A stretch of 64,000 bases of DNA from assembly GCA_973895155.1 (NCBI GenBank), contig OZ316896.1, forward strand, positions 9,309,425 through 9,373,424, given 5' to 3'. Made by a program: the position numbers and the translations under genes. The notes beneath the pieces are model-generated. The model was not told where the DNA came from. It saw only the letters and a program-made list of their open reading frames with translations, and searched no databases. The stretch is from Marsupella aquatica (Eukaryota; Plantae; Marchantiophyta). This document shows, in pieces, positions 1 to 13,924 of the stretch; position 1 is the stretch's first letter; every line of letters starts with the position of its first letter.

Positions 1-576
1 GGGAAGGTACACTGGGAAGCAGTGAAGTGGATTATCAGGTACTTGAAGGGTACCGTGGATCATGGTCTTTTATTTGATGCGAATGCAAAGAATGCTAGAT
101 CATTGATTGGCTATGTAGATTCTGACTATGGACAAGATTTGGACCGAAGGAGATCAACAACAGGATACGTGTTCACACTTGGCGGTGGATGCATAAGTTG
201 GAGGTCTACTTTGCAGAAGTGTATTGCTCAGTCTACTACAGAAGCGGAGTATGTTGCAGCTGCGGAAGCAGCAAAGGAAGCGATTTGGTTGGATAGACTT
301 ATCACTGAAATGGGATTGCCACAGGGGAATGTGAAGCTCCATTGTGATAGTCAAAGTGCGCTCCACCTTGCTGTGAACCAGGTGATGGACAGCAGAGTGA
401 AGCACATTGACGTCAGGTACCATTTTATCAGGCAGGCTGTGTCTGATAAATTGTTTGAGCTAGTCAAGATTGATGGTAAACTCAACCCGGCTGACGCATT
501 TACCAAAGTGATTCCTTTGGAGAGTTTCTCTAGACACCGTGACGTATTGCAGGTTTTGCAATTGCATCACAAGTAG
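1..576 (+). mobile_element. Ty1/copia pol 3' end (RT C-terminus + RNase H); the element continues upstream of the window
   Basis: Translation shows KWIIRYLKGT, GYVDSDYGQDLDRRRSTTGYVF, STTEAEY, CDSQSA, KHIDVRYHFIR and NPADAFTK, all copia RNase H motifs; stop TAG at 574-576. Confidence 0.97.
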
Positions 577-767
577 AGTTTTCTTAAACATTCATTGTAA
601 TTACTGATATATGCTCTTCCTCATTCCTATGTATTAGGCTACGGCTTAGTTCTGGTTTGCTCTAGTTAGAGAGGGAAACCGGTTTGGTTTCTGTCCAGAA
701 CTTCCCGCTGAGGGATCATATACATTGGCAGTATTACTCTCCCCTAGACCAGAGTCAAGAGGAAGAT

Positions 768-1296
768 TGTTGGGTATTTACTCTTACGTCTAGGTTAGGT
801 ATGACGTGGTTGGTACAACAACGTGGGTTGGTACAACTACGTGGTTAGGTACAACTACGTGATTAGGTACAACTATGTGGTTAGGTACAACTACGTGATT
901 AGGTACAACTATGTGGTTAGGTACAACTACGTGATTAGGTACAACTATGTGGTTAGGTACAACTACGTGATTAGGTACAACTATGTGGTTAGGTACAACT
1001 ATGTGGTTAGGTACAACTATGTGGTTAGGTACAACTAAGTTGCACACTATATCATAAGAGGCATGTGTGCTTGGAGAGGTAGAACCAAGGCTCATTGTTA
1101 TGGAGCCACTTGAGAGATAGGGAGAGCTTACACTGTGGAGACTCGGTATAGCCGACGGGCTTAGAGTTCAGTAAAGCTCTCTTGTGTGTTCCCGTGGACG
1201 TAGCCTCAAGGAGGTGAACCACGTATCTCTTGTGTCGACTATTGTGCGTTGGATGGTTCATGGGCTTGCCGTTGCGATCGTCGTCTATGCTCAACA
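768..1296 (+). mobile_element. 3' LTR of the copia element (529 bp)
   Basis: Purine tract agagtcaagaggaagat lies directly before TGTTG (768); the LTR ends CAACA (1296), giving TG...CA ends with a 5-bp inverted repeat; homologous to solo LTRs elsewhere in the window. Confidence 0.9.
806..1037. repeat. 18-bp minisatellite (GTGRTTAGGTACAACTAY, ~13 copies) inside the LTR
   Basis: Read directly; 841-984 is four perfect 36-bp dimers of two alternating variants. Confidence 0.97.
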
Positions 1297-3726
1297 GGAA
1301 GGAGGGGGAACATATATGGGGTTAAAAGTTTATGTTTAGTAGTAAGCAGTTTCTATATATTTATCTAATTGGACCACTAACAATGGCCCAACTTAAAATG
1401 TGATCAACCCCAATATTTTAGAACAAGCCTCTTGTCTCTCAAGCCAATTCATAAACTCTATTGTGAGCTCATCTTGTTGGTTGTTGGAAATGTTTGGCTT
1501 GAAGTGCCACCAAATGATGTCTAGGCCTTCCTAACAAGGTCTTATGACTAGCGTCTGTGCAATCATGTTTGTGGGTGTGGAAGTCCCATTGTTTTGACTG
1601 CGTGGTTGTTGTCACAAAAATGTTATAATTTTTGTTGCTAGTGTTCTTATTGGGAGAGTGTTCTTGTTGAGAAGGGTGAGGGCAAGACAGGTGGCAACAC
1701 CTGCAGGGTTGCAGAGTGGAAGCAGAGTTGGCTGACTGGAAGGAGAAAGGTTTTTCATCTTTTCGTTTGTTTCACTGCGGGCAGAAATAAGGCAGCTCAG
1801 GATGAGGAATAAGGGTGGTATGGTGGATCTGACGATGCAAGAAATTCATGTTTTCATGAACAGCTGGGATTTTTTCACACTTTTTCCCCTTTTATATAGT
1901 GACAACCGCCCATTTTTGGTGGGATTGCTTATTACACTTTGTGATGTGCTTTGCCTATAGTTCCATGGGTGATTGGCAAGGAATGCTCAATGGTGGTTAT
2001 ATTACCTCTGTGGGTACACCTATGACTCTTTTTCTCACCCTGAATCCCTCCTTTATTGTTATGAGAACCGCTGGCTGTTTCCTAATATGTCCAGTTACAA
2101 GTCCCCTTGAAATGGATCAAATTTCCAGGCTGAGAGTAAATAGTAGATTTACCTTTCGTGAATAAGCGGTCATCCTGTGTACACCAAAATCTCTTTGGCA
2201 ACTACAGTCTCCAATTAGAACATAATGGGGGAAGCTAGACGAGCAAAATCTCTTATCAAACGCCAATAGAGCAGAGGTGCATCTCAGTGGCATGTTGAAC
2301 AATGCCATAGGACAGATCACAAGAAAATCAAGCATTCAATTTGCTTTTGTATCAACCTACCTTGATGCTAACATTCCTGTTAATGGACTTCGAATCTTTG
2401 GCTGTAAAGTGCCACAGGAGGCCTTCACATGGCCGTCCCATTCGAGAGTAAACTCTCAAATATTGAATTGTACTTTACTGAGTATAAGCATGTACCACCC
2501 CGAATGCTGCCAAACTTGGCCTTCCCTTGCTGTAAGTCTTGCTAATGCACTCATCAATGCACTCATCCACGTACCTAATGAGGAGCCCCTTATAGAAGTG
2601 ACAAGTAGATCTCCTTGCATGATGCCTGCTGTCCACGAGAGCAATTTTATGTGACCCCAATCATCTACGAACTGCACCATCCATGCAGACGAGATGAGAT
2701 GATCCAAGTTCTCCTTCAAGGACCACCTTGTGGTCTTTCTATGGCAAGTTTTAAGGTGACGGACTTTACTTCCTTGATGCAAGCTTGTCCTTCGTTGGGG
2801 CTTTCCTGAGCAACCTGTGTCCTCTAGTGTTCTTGAGCCCCTTGTATCAATAAAAGAGAACTCACCTGGTCGCCATAGATAAAATGGTTCCCGTATTCAT
2901 ACTGGCTACTCTTGACCAACTGTTCCCAAAAGTATGCCCTTGTTCAGTCCACTCCTTGGCCACAATTTATTCTCCCCAAGTCAAGCCAATATCCTGTGAC
3001 CGAAGCCCTGGACTCCATTCTTTTTGGTCATGCAATACACTTCACTGGAGACTCCCCCTCAGCTTTAACAAGCCACCTTCGTTTTGGTGCTTGCAAGGCA
3101 CTAGAGCCTTGTGCACCCTCCGGTGTAGTTACTTGCAAGAGATCATCACCTTCAATTTTAATTTGAAAGAACGAAGAAAGACCTTAAAACTGATCCAGCA
3201 GTGTAGTTCCTGAGAATAGTACCACCCAAATGTCACTACCATCAAAAGATCCCATGGAGAAAACTAGAAAACAAAGGAACATTGGGACTTGTGCATTCTG
3301 AGAAACGCATTTCAGCGTCCAATACCAATTTAGACTCGCAACGTACACTGCTAACAAGACCCGATATGTGATGATTGCATGCCATGAAAGGTATGAACTT
3401 GAAAACGTTAGATTCCCGCGCGGATTTAGAATTGTTCCAACGAGCATAGCTCATTTCGCACTAAGCATAGCTGTTATCCTATAGTTATGCTCATCACTCA
3501 ATCCTAACAAGCAACAGTAAAAAGCTGCTACCGCAAATCTCATCCTCCTGTTTTCGAAATGCTCTGACATTGACCTAGGCTGCATTGACCACAATGACAG
3601 AAGGTACTTGCCTGCATTGGGCCATCAACAAGACGTGTCCACAGTCGCTGTTCACCCTCACGATATGCACCGTTGCCCTTGCCAGTTGGAGGACAAGGGC
3701 AATTCTCATGCTTCTGCTGACAGCTT

Positions 3727-6700
3727 CTACTTGGAAGATTGACATTGCTTGAGAGAGTAGCCAGGACCGGGATGAGCTGTATTTTCAAGTTGAAAATGAG
3801 TACTCACCTCTGTGGATAAAAGCCAACTGCTTACTTGTTTAATTGGAGCCACAAAGCAACCACCATTGTCTCGTAGCACACGGAATGGTGATCCCATGTC
3901 ATTCAGCCGAGCACGGACAACAGCCTTCAGGGGAGAATCCCCCTCAATTTTACTTCTTCTGCCCCAACCTGTCACTATAGAAACTTGTGTGGCATTCACT
4001 GTTCCATCTAAAGTCCTACATTTCAAATCAATAAGCCATGCAAGTAACATGACTTCAGCCACACTAGCTGAGAGCGTGTGAAGATCCAAGAGAATCTCAC
4101 TCCCTAAATAAGCTTGTGCCTTAGGGAAAGCGCCTTTCTTGCGCCCCAAATTCAGAACTTCAATGGCCCGTTTTTGCCATCCGAAGGTCCACAGAACCTC
4201 GATCAGAGCATCATACAAGACACAAAGTGGTTCAGTTTCTTGCATCTTGTCAAAAACCATCTCTAAATCTCTTAGAACAATAGTGCCGTCATTTTCATGG
4301 CCGTCCTCCAGAACCCGTCCCACAACTGCAAACGCCGGGCAGAGCCTTATGCACTGAAGTATGTTCGAAGCCTCATCCCAGGTTTGGCAATGACTTAAAC
4401 CAGAAAGGATCACCCCAATGGTGACACAATTTGGCTCAAAGCCTGCTGCAATCATTTCATGAAACTTGGCAATCATCGCTTTAAAATCTTTCGCCCTGCT
4501 ATATGCATCTATGATCGACGTGTATGTTACCGAGTCTAAATGATAACCTGCTTCACACATCTCCTTCACCACTTTCTCCGCCTTTCGTACCATTCCTAGC
4601 CTACCGTAACCATCTATCAGACTTCCATAAGTCTGCACATTTGGCACGCATCCATTGATGTTCATCATTACATATATTCTTTCCATCTTGCTGCACATCC
4701 CTGCCTTTCCATACGCATCAATTAGAGCAGTAAACGTTATGACATTTGGTTGATGTCCACTTTGTTGCATCTCTTCAAAGGCTCTCTCCATTTTTCTAAT
4801 TTCTTTGCCTTTGCCATAGGCATCAATGAGAACATTGTAAGCAGGGCAGCCTGGTTTGGGACCAACAATCTTCATAGTTTTTGCCACTGTCCTAAGTTCT
4901 TCAAACACCATCTCCATCTTGTCAAATAAACCACCCTTACCATAGGCACTGAGCATTGTAACATACGCCGAAATATCTGGCTTGAGGTTCATGTTATTCA
5001 TGCTGAGCCATACTTCCTCCATCTGTTCAAACATTCCGGCTTTCCCATAGGCATCCAGGATCCCTGTGTAAGTCACCACATTGGCTCTACAGCCAGCAGA
5101 TTGCATTTCTTTGAGTGTAGCCTCCATTTTCTCTAACCTTCCCCTTTTCCCATAGATATCAATAAGCAAGCTGTAAGCCTTAACATCTGGTTTGCAGCTT
5201 GCCGTGCACATGGTTTCCAGAGTTTCTTCCACTTTCTCGTACATGCCAGCTTTCCTATATGCATCCATGAGTGAGCTGTAGGTCAAAATATCAGGATGAC
5301 AACGTGACTTCAGCATACACCTGTAAGTATCTTCCATCTTTGAGTACTGTAGACCTTTCCCATAGGCATCGATCATCGTATTAAACGTAAACACATCAGG
5401 CTTACACCCAGCCTTCTGCATTTGCTCAAACACTCTTTCCATACGGTCATAGAGCCCACCTCTACCATAGGTGCTGATCAGAACGTTAAACGTAATATCT
5501 AAGGGTTTGACACCCAGGTCGCCCATTTCTTTGGTAAGAGCGTCAATCTTCTCCCACAGATGAGCTTGACCATATGCATTTATCATGCAATTATAGCTGT
5601 AAACGTTAGGTTTGCAAGCAAGTGTGGTTTTCATTTGTTTAAATACAGCGACAGCTTGTTCGAGCAGACCACTGCGACCGTAGGCGTCCAACAAAGCTGT
5701 ATAGGCAGATACGTCCCGGCCACACCCTGCCTCTTCCATCTCCTCAAATAGTTGGAAGGCACGGTATGGCTGCTTAGATTTCGCCATTATACGCACCATC
5801 ATTGTGTATATACGGACATCTGCCTGATATCCTTGTACTTGCTTCATGGCTGCGAATACCTGCATTTCTCAGTATTAGCCTTCCTTGTGTCCTTGAGTAT
5901 TGATGACCGTCAGACATGACCCAATTTAACAGTACATCATTCTCTGTACATCTATGAAAGAAATATTCCAATTACGTTCGGCCACCCGTAAGTGGTATGT
6001 TTCAAAATCTTTAACATACATGAAAGTACACCTAAACAATGACATGCAAAACATGCAGGGATACAGAGACGTACATCAAGAGCCCCCCTCCAATTTCGCT
6101 GCCTCATAGCATCATTCAGGAAGGACCATAAAGAATCATCCTGTAATAGAGTCAAAGGACGTGCTTCTCCTGACTCGCTGAAAATTAAGTGCCTGAGTCT
6201 TCTTTGTGTCTTGGAGCCGATCTGATTGACAAAAACTTGAGCTTTTGTTGATGCTTTTCGCAAAGAATCCTTAGTCTTCCGAGGCATGGAAGAATATTTG
6301 GTTGGCAACAAAGCTGCGTAATTGATTGGGTGTGACTCAACTGGCAAAACTTGTGCTTTATTTGAGTACATGCTGTCATAGCTGATTGAATTTTCAGATG
6401 ACTTTTGCCTTGCTGAGCTGTGACACGAGGCCGCCTTTTTCCGAGAATTATGATCTCCATTATCGCTTTCAGGTAGATGCGCAGTAGCCACCAAGTTAGA
6501 TATGAACAGATATCTGCACATTCACCAGATAAGTTAGACACTCTATATGCTATTAGCACAAGTAGCCCGTGCAAGATGTACATATTTAAAGTGGTAAAAG
6601 TCCCACGTGTCAAACTTAGACACATAGCCCATCAGCGTATCTGTTGGCCGGTATTTACACACAACGGGATAAGAGGTACTACCACTGTAGCTGGAGAATT

Positions 6701-6988
6701 TTGTCGAAGCTAATTCTTTGATGAATAGTACGGGAACACCGATTCCGATTGCACACATTTCCAGTGAATCTGGCGGCCCCATCCAAAATGAGGAAGGAGA
6801 AGGTAGGCAGGTACGAGGAAGTACCTGATATGCACGAAAACCAAAGACGACAATGAACCCGACGGAGAGCCACGGAGATTAAACTCTATCTGCTTACACC
6901 TTGGCAAAATAGGAGCTCCATAACCCTGAAATGAGCTGCTACCACTCCATGAGAGACCATGTGTAGCAGTAGCAGATACCAAAGCCAT
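3727..6988 (-). CDS. P-class PPR protein with C-terminal SMR domain (~911 aa), probably plastid-targeted; proposed exons 6988-6825, 6513-6075, 5859-3727
   Basis: About 14 PPR repeats (e.g. PDVFTFNTMIDAYGK) followed by SMR motifs LDLHTLS..A..LLAWL and IVTGWGRRS...GSPF...NGGCF. GT-AG junctions are phase-compatible (FVHIR|YLFIS; WRGALD|VFAAM). Ser-rich N-terminus MALVSATATHGLSWSGSSS resembles a transit peptide. Exon 1 is the least certain part. Confidence 0.9.
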
Positions 6989-9754
6989 AATCCCAAGAAG
7001 GAACAGCGTCTGCGTTAAACCTCACGCAACTCGCCAAGACTGGCTGGCTTCACTCCTTTCTATGTCTTGTCCATGGAAAACTCAGTACCCATCTTGTTCA
7101 GGTACAGAAGCCCATGGTTACTCCTATGTCAATGACGTTAATTGACTCGATGCTGATGGCTCCTATGGCCTTATTTTCGTTCTTCCTGCGAGGGTATTGT
7201 GTCCTGTGCACCAATGGATCCGGTGAACTCTCAGACAAATTTGCCTCTATAACAGCAATCTGCGGCGCGAACGCTCATTTTCTACCTGTGAGGCTATGTG
7301 TGGCCCAATTGAGGTCAACAGACATCAAGGCTTCTTCTATCTTCTTTTCAGGGTTCGCTATTTACTGGTCGCTAAACCATCTCCAAATGCTGGTAACGTT
7401 TGCTTCTTCCTTGCTGCACTAAGGTGACATACCTGCAAAATCAAAAGGCAACATTAATTTTTCCTCTGCATTGGTGACAGGAAGCCACTAAGTTGTTCTA
7501 CACCGGTGGTCTACCTAAATCACAAAACTAGCTAAAACACGACGATAATTTTGTTTTGCTATAATGTTCCACAACCTCGTGGAGAAATCAAATGCCTCCG
7601 TTTTTCTGTCAATATCTGACACAGCTGACAGATAAATCAACCCAGTTTTTCATAATTTACCTTCTAAATCAGCATATTACAAGCTCCATACCAAAGTTTC
7701 ACAAGTTTCGGCAGCATATTTTACAACAGAAGTCGAAAGCAAGAATTCTGTGTAATTTTCCCCATTTGCCAAGACATTTATCATGGTTGACATTTGCCCT
7801 CAAACTCTAAGTTCTCTTCTTCGTTGTGACTACCTTCCGCTTGAAGACGAAGCATACATATCGCGTAAGCCTCCACGAGATGCACAGGAAAAGTGAGAAT
7901 TCAATGGAAAACTGGAGACATGCTTTGATCTTAGAAAATAGCAGCTCGGCTCAAATCAAGCGAATTTCAGATCCTGGCAATCCACCTACTGTAGAATTTC
8001 CAGCGAGATTTAATCCACTTCTGTAGCCAGAATCCACAGGTATTGAACGGTATTCCACTTCGATTTAATCCATTACTCAAGCTCGATTCTGTGGATTCTG
8101 GCACAGGACATGGGACTGGACTGACACAGTGCTTGATGTTCTCTCACTGCAACAGCTTCTGTATTCACCCAGATCTTACAAGACCATTCGTGACACGGGA
8201 AAATGCACGCAGCAATTGTTCTGAATCTCGAAAATCTTGCTGCACCAAGAAGAAAAGGGAACCCTGGACAGAAAAGTCACCTAGCAGCCGTCACAGGGTT
8301 CAGGAATTGTCCACCGCTTCCCAAGAATCCCTCGTCCGTGCATGTGCGATCTGCATCGACAATGAATTGTTGCCCTCTTCTCCGGTTACGCGAGCAGCTG
8401 ACCCACATGAGTCTCCCACAACATAAACACTCACTCTGCCTCTCTCACTCCCTCTCTGCTCAATTCCACCAATCGATAAGCCGTTCTCACGCTGCACTAG
8501 AAATTCTTCTCTCCCTCTCCCTCTGCCTCTCAATCTCTCTGTCCCTGTTCATTTCCATCAATCGATACGTTACTCTCTAGACCTATTCTCCTCTTCTTCT
8601 GCCCACAATCCGATTCTAATTTACTTCCTCGCCATCGCTCCAACAATTCATTCATCCCAATTGCTTGCTGCATGCAAACATGGAAACGCAGGTATCACGA
8701 GAGGGTCGAAAGCATCAGGCCGATGCAATCAATCAAGGGATGGATTCGTAGGGCTTCGGTCGATCCATCGACCAGAGCGTGTGGGGTGGAGCTCGGCCGA
8801 GCTTGTGGGATTGGATTGATGGCCACGAGTGTCAAAGAATGAAGAGTCTAGTCGTTATCTCAATGGAAGAGAATTTTAGTGTACAGTTGTTTCTCTCTAA
8901 GTGCACACTGTATAAGTGCAAAGCCTGTCTAACTGCAAGGCATCCCCTCGTCCCTGTTTTTCATACCCAGTTTGCACTCTTTCTTTGGTTTTTAGGGGGC
9001 ACTTTCCATTTTTTTTTTTTCATTTTTTTTTTTAAAGGGGAAATCTGTGAAACCCCACAGAAAGGGAAGAGTCACTCACAATAGTTGAGAAGTGTCAGTC
9101 ACAACAGTTGGACCCAAGACCTATCAGTATCAATTCAAGTGAGCTACCACAAAGTCATGCCTCTCTGGGCGGGGGGCATTTCTTTTAACTTCTTGTGAAT
9201 GCAAACAGGCCCTAAAACATGGCTGGATGATAACTTTATAGTGCAAGCCCCTCCTAAGTTACATGAGCCTGATTAACCATCCCTTGAATGGAAATAGAAA
9301 TCAAGACAAACAGATCTTGCAAAAACAAGAATTACATGTTATTTCTCTTTCATCGTTGCCCCATCCTTGTTTTTTGTCCACCCTCCTTTTCATTTTTGTC
9401 TTTATTTAGAGTGAATGTCAATTTTGTTCATTTTTGCCCCATCCCTGTTTTTTGTCACCTTCAATTTTGTCCTTATTGAGAGTTTCCATCTAGGGGCCCT
9501 TTCTGTAGCCCTTGAAAGTAGCTTTGCATTGGGCTTTATTAGTAAGATGAACACTTATAGGTAAGGTCACAATCCCATCAAATTTCACTTATTGATAAGT
9601 GCATGAAACTTTTAGTATGGTAAATATTGCATTTATGGAGTAAGTGACTAAATTTTATGGCACGGATGGACAGTGGAGACTGTTCACTGATGGAGGATAA
9701 TTGCACATTTAACAAAGAAATATATGCCATACACTCTTATTGATAAGTCCACAA

Positions 9755-10068
9755 TGTTAAGAAAAGCATCGGATGAGAACTCAAGCAACCAGCAAGCAAT
9801 GCATCGACACAAGAGATATGTGGTTCACCTCCTTGAGTCTACGTCCACGGGAAACATACAAGAGGCTTTGCTAGAACTCTAGGCACATTGGCCACACCAA
9901 GCGTCCATAGCATAAGCTCTTCTCTCTCTCCAAGAGAATGAGCATGAGTCTCCAAGAGGAGCTCCTCCTAGCCCCTCTATATGCTAGGTACTAATCACTA
10001 TTAAACACACTAATGGTGATTAGCCTAACTAAGCTAAAGCTAACCCAAGACTAGAGTTAATCCTAACA
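9755..10068 (-). mobile_element. Solo LTR related to the copia LTR at 768-1296
   Basis: TGTTA...TAACA ends; perfect 5-bp TSD CACAA (9750-9754 and 10069-10073); 9806-9866 is the near reverse complement of ~1179-1238 (cgtggacgtag..tcaaggaggtgaaccac). Confidence 0.9.
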
Positions 10069-12838
10069 CACAATTGTATGGTGCAAACCCTAGTTTAGTG
10101 CACATGGATGCTTCTTCTTGGAAGTCTCCGTGCCACTTAGAGAGAGACTCTATTGAGGTGGAGAAGTGGTGCATTTCTATGAATCCCAAGAGAAGAATTA
10201 CTTATGACAGCATGCCCACAGGGAGTGCTAAAGGCCCAACAATGAAGACTTTGGCATTTGGGGCACTCAAAAAACTTAAGGTAATCCTGGTTGGGACCCA
10301 CTACATTCAAAGGTGCTCTCCCAGCCTATGCAAGTTTGCCTCTCACATGCCTTACTAAAGGCTAAGGACAGTAGATTGAGATGCATGGATCTTCAACCGC
10401 CTCACGTCAGCTCCATCATAAAGTCAAGGCATTTAATTGGGCACCAACTAAGGTCAATTGAGTTTTACAGATAGGGGTAGCAGAACAGGTGGAAGGTCGT
10501 GTTTTTTCATGACTAACACAGTATGGATAAGTTCCACCAAACTGTATGTCATCTGCCTATTTCTAGAGTCATGTTCAGCTTGATTGGTGGGAACGCTCTT
10601 AGAGCATGCCCACCGGTTTTCAGGCTTGTGGTATGTAACAGGTAGGTTCTATGTGGGCCACGTTCTTAAATTTGTCTGCTTTTACTCACTGGTGTCCAGC
10701 TCTGTGGCTGCCAACCCACAAAATGATCAGGGATCATTGCTGATGAATTGCGAAAAACTATAGTTACACTATCGACCAACAATGTACACCAAATCTGAAA
10801 CAAAAGACCTTGAATGTACTCCAAGGACTATTGTCAATCGAGTTGTCAATAGCCACCAAATAATGTTTGTAAGGAAATCTTAAAAAATCATCCATTTCCC
10901 CTGCCATTTCCTTCAAAGCTCTCACGCAAACAAAATAACATTCAATGATGTTGGTCAAAGCCTGATAGGGTCCGGGATAGGGTCTCCTCCTTCTTATCCT
11001 CCAGAGTAAAGCCCAAAAAGTGAATCCAAAAAGACATACCATTTCATATCCAGTCCTAAACTAACTTGATAAAAATCAACCTACAAAATACTAAAGAGCT
11101 TAAGTATGAAATTTGTGAAAAACATTTCTGGATTTATATTTTTCTTATTATTCTGGATTCTGAAAAGTACTAAAATCTTCATGAACTCACTAAGATAGAT
11201 CTACTCTTTACCAAATTTCTGGGAGGGCTACTCACCAGGGTACGTCAGAGGCTCAGGACAAACGACTACTCCACATTGGAGTGTTCATCACCTATAAGTT
11301 AGAGTTGGTCAATAATATCTTCAAGGATACCAAAAGTATGCTTTACGCTCTCCATTCTTGCTTTTCTATCCAAAAAGTGAAAAATAATTTAACTTTAACT
11401 TTTATAACTTAAACCCGTGTATCACAAGGACAATAACTAAGTCATTCACTTAGAATTATTACTTCTATTACCTTCATCTCATGATTTCCCACCCAGTTTA
11501 GGGCATTGGCAACATATTTCATTCATTTGGCAACATATTTCTAGCATTGATATTGCACTTGAGGATTTTGGCAATTTTTTATCCCCATTTGGTAGTGCCA
11601 ATCCACATCAAACTTGCCAGGAGTCCATGCCCACTCAGGCCGAGTCTTTGTATTGAAACCCATTGCTTCAAAACCTGCTTTCAAAAAAGTTCCCATGCGG
11701 TGAACAACATTGCAACAATCCATCCTTGCAGGTCACCTTGAAATTTAACATAAACCCTAAGCAAAAATGTCACCTCACACCTTAGCACAAATGCTTCAAG
11801 AAAAACTGAAAATCCAAACACACCAAGTCAATAATGGGGTCAATAATTGACATACTGCTCTTACAAAGATCAAGACAAAGATCAAATTGTGCAAACCTGC
11901 CCCATAGTTGCAACATACCTTGGCAATAAAGTGATGAAAGGAGGGAAGTAGAGTGCAGATGACCTCAAATTGCAATCAATGGGGCAGCATAGCACAATGT
12001 ACCTTCATATTGCTACATGCCACCCTGGTGTATGCAGGTCACAGTAAACTCTTCGTCAAAATGTTGACTTTGGATTACTAACTTCTTTGGCACCTGCGCT
12101 ATTATATTTGGTCCTTGCAGGCGCAATTGTCCGGATATGGAGATACGTTGCGTCTTGACATGGAAGGTATGCCACACTCACAAGTTTTGTTGCAAGGAAT
12201 ACAACAATGTTTTGGGAAGCAAAGTCTTTGATACCTTGTGCTATTCCTCTTTAAGAAAATAGAGTATGACAACATTAGTGGCTGAGTACTTGAAGAGGTA
12301 CTTTCAAACATGAATACTTCAAAGAAATGGTAGCTAGTGACATGAAGTAAGTCCAGATAGTAAGTCCAGATAATAAGTACTATTTACGTACTTCAAGGCA
12401 AGAACGGGGGCAAGAATAAAATGAGTATGGGATTGAGAGTGGCTAGCTACCCCCAACCCCATAAACCCATCTCTGCAATGGCCCCATGGGGCCAACCCCA
12501 CACTGTGACACTATTGAGGGGAGCCTTCAAATCTTTTAGCTATTGTGATTAATTGGCTCAAACGGCTCAAACAACATGGGGAACCTGGCAGGTAGAAAGG
12601 TTACAGGTGGGAGCAAGAGCCCCCTTAATTGTAGAGGCATTACCATGTAGGGCATAGTACCCATTGTAGTAACATATGTCACAAAGTCAAGTTCAATGTT
12701 GCACTACAAGGAAATCCATGATAGAACCACTTGAGTGAGACTTGCAGGTCTAGTCACGTGACCAAGAGATTGGCTCATGGATTGACAGGTCTTAGGTTCC
12801 ATTCCCCTCCAAACTGTTTGGAGGATACAAGAGTGGGT

Positions 12839-13201
12839 TGTTGAATAATGGACCACTCACAGACAAAGTACACATGTGAAACATCCAACGAGCAAGTAGT
12901 CAAAACAAAAGATACATGGTTCACGTCTCCAGAGGCCGTGTGCATAGGAGCACTCTAGAGAAGTTTACTTCACTTTAGGTGTGTCGGCCATACCAAATGT
13001 CGACTACACATGTTCTGCCTATCTCTCAAACAACTCAGTCTGTAACAATGAGCCTAAGTTCCACTCACAATCTAACTCCTGCTATGCATATACTAGGCTG
13101 AATTCCCGGCTGAATTCTAATCTTCATCAAGTACCTGACTATTGTTAGACTAACTATGGTTACATAGACTTAACTCTAGACCCAAGAGTACATGCCTAAC
13201 A
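12839..13201 (-). mobile_element. Degenerate solo LTR of the same copia family
   Basis: TGTTG...TAACA ends; shares gatacatggttcac, taacaatgagcct and ctagacccaagagta with the reverse complement of the first LTR; no clean TSD. Confidence 0.7.
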
Positions 13202-13924
13202 ATGTAGTGGGGCAGGGATATTGGTTTCTCATGTTAGGTTCATGTCTCTTCAATCTCTCCATTCTCTTGATATAGGATGTGTGTTGGGGAGGGCTCCCCG
13301 GGTTTGTGTGATCCCGAGGGACCCATTGAGTGTCATTTGCCCTGTATGTTTGTCCCCATATCCCTATATATGACTAAATACTCATTTGTCATTTCCCGTC
13401 TTCATTTGCTCATGAGACCAAAAAACAAACTTGTGCATGCAGACCAAAGAGAGTTTGGTCACAAAAAATTAATGAACTGAATATACATTTGTGAAATATA
13501 TATTCCCTCCTATTGAATGGTCCTTTGCCCAGTCACCCTCCATCTCATGTATATTTCCTACCCCTCTTGACTATCTCTTGTATATGGCATATCTAAGTAA
13601 TAAGTTATAACCAACAGGGACACTTTGGAGCGGGCCTTTGGTCTAGTGGCCTCTAGATCATGACTCTAAGTGCAGGTAAGCGATGAGGCAACATGTCGGG
13701 AAGGCAATGGTACGATTGAGCAAAGCTTGGGCATTCAAGCTAATCTTCATAAATCAATGTAATAATTTATTTATTTTGACTACCCTGCCCTCCCATACAG
13801 GTTTGAGATTTGAGGTTCCAACACTCCACTCCACTTCACCTACTTCAATAAGTAAACTATAAAGAATTAATCACAGCACAATCCTTGTGGCTTATGGTTA
13901 GTTTGCTTGGGTGGCTTTAGTCCC

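Noticed and set aside
806-1037. CRISPR-like array or repeat-protein ORFs (VVPNH / YNYVVR)
   Set aside because: Head-to-tail 18-mers with no unique spacers, inside a eukaryotic LTR; the ORFs are artefacts of the repeat.
1890-3450. Cluster of short ORFs downstream of the PPR-SMR gene
   Set aside because: No recognisable domain in any frame and frequent stops.
12740-13830. SINE-like A/B-box fragments (ggtctagt..., ggttccattccc; tggtctagtgg)
   Set aside because: Too degenerate; no cloverleaf, tail or TSD.
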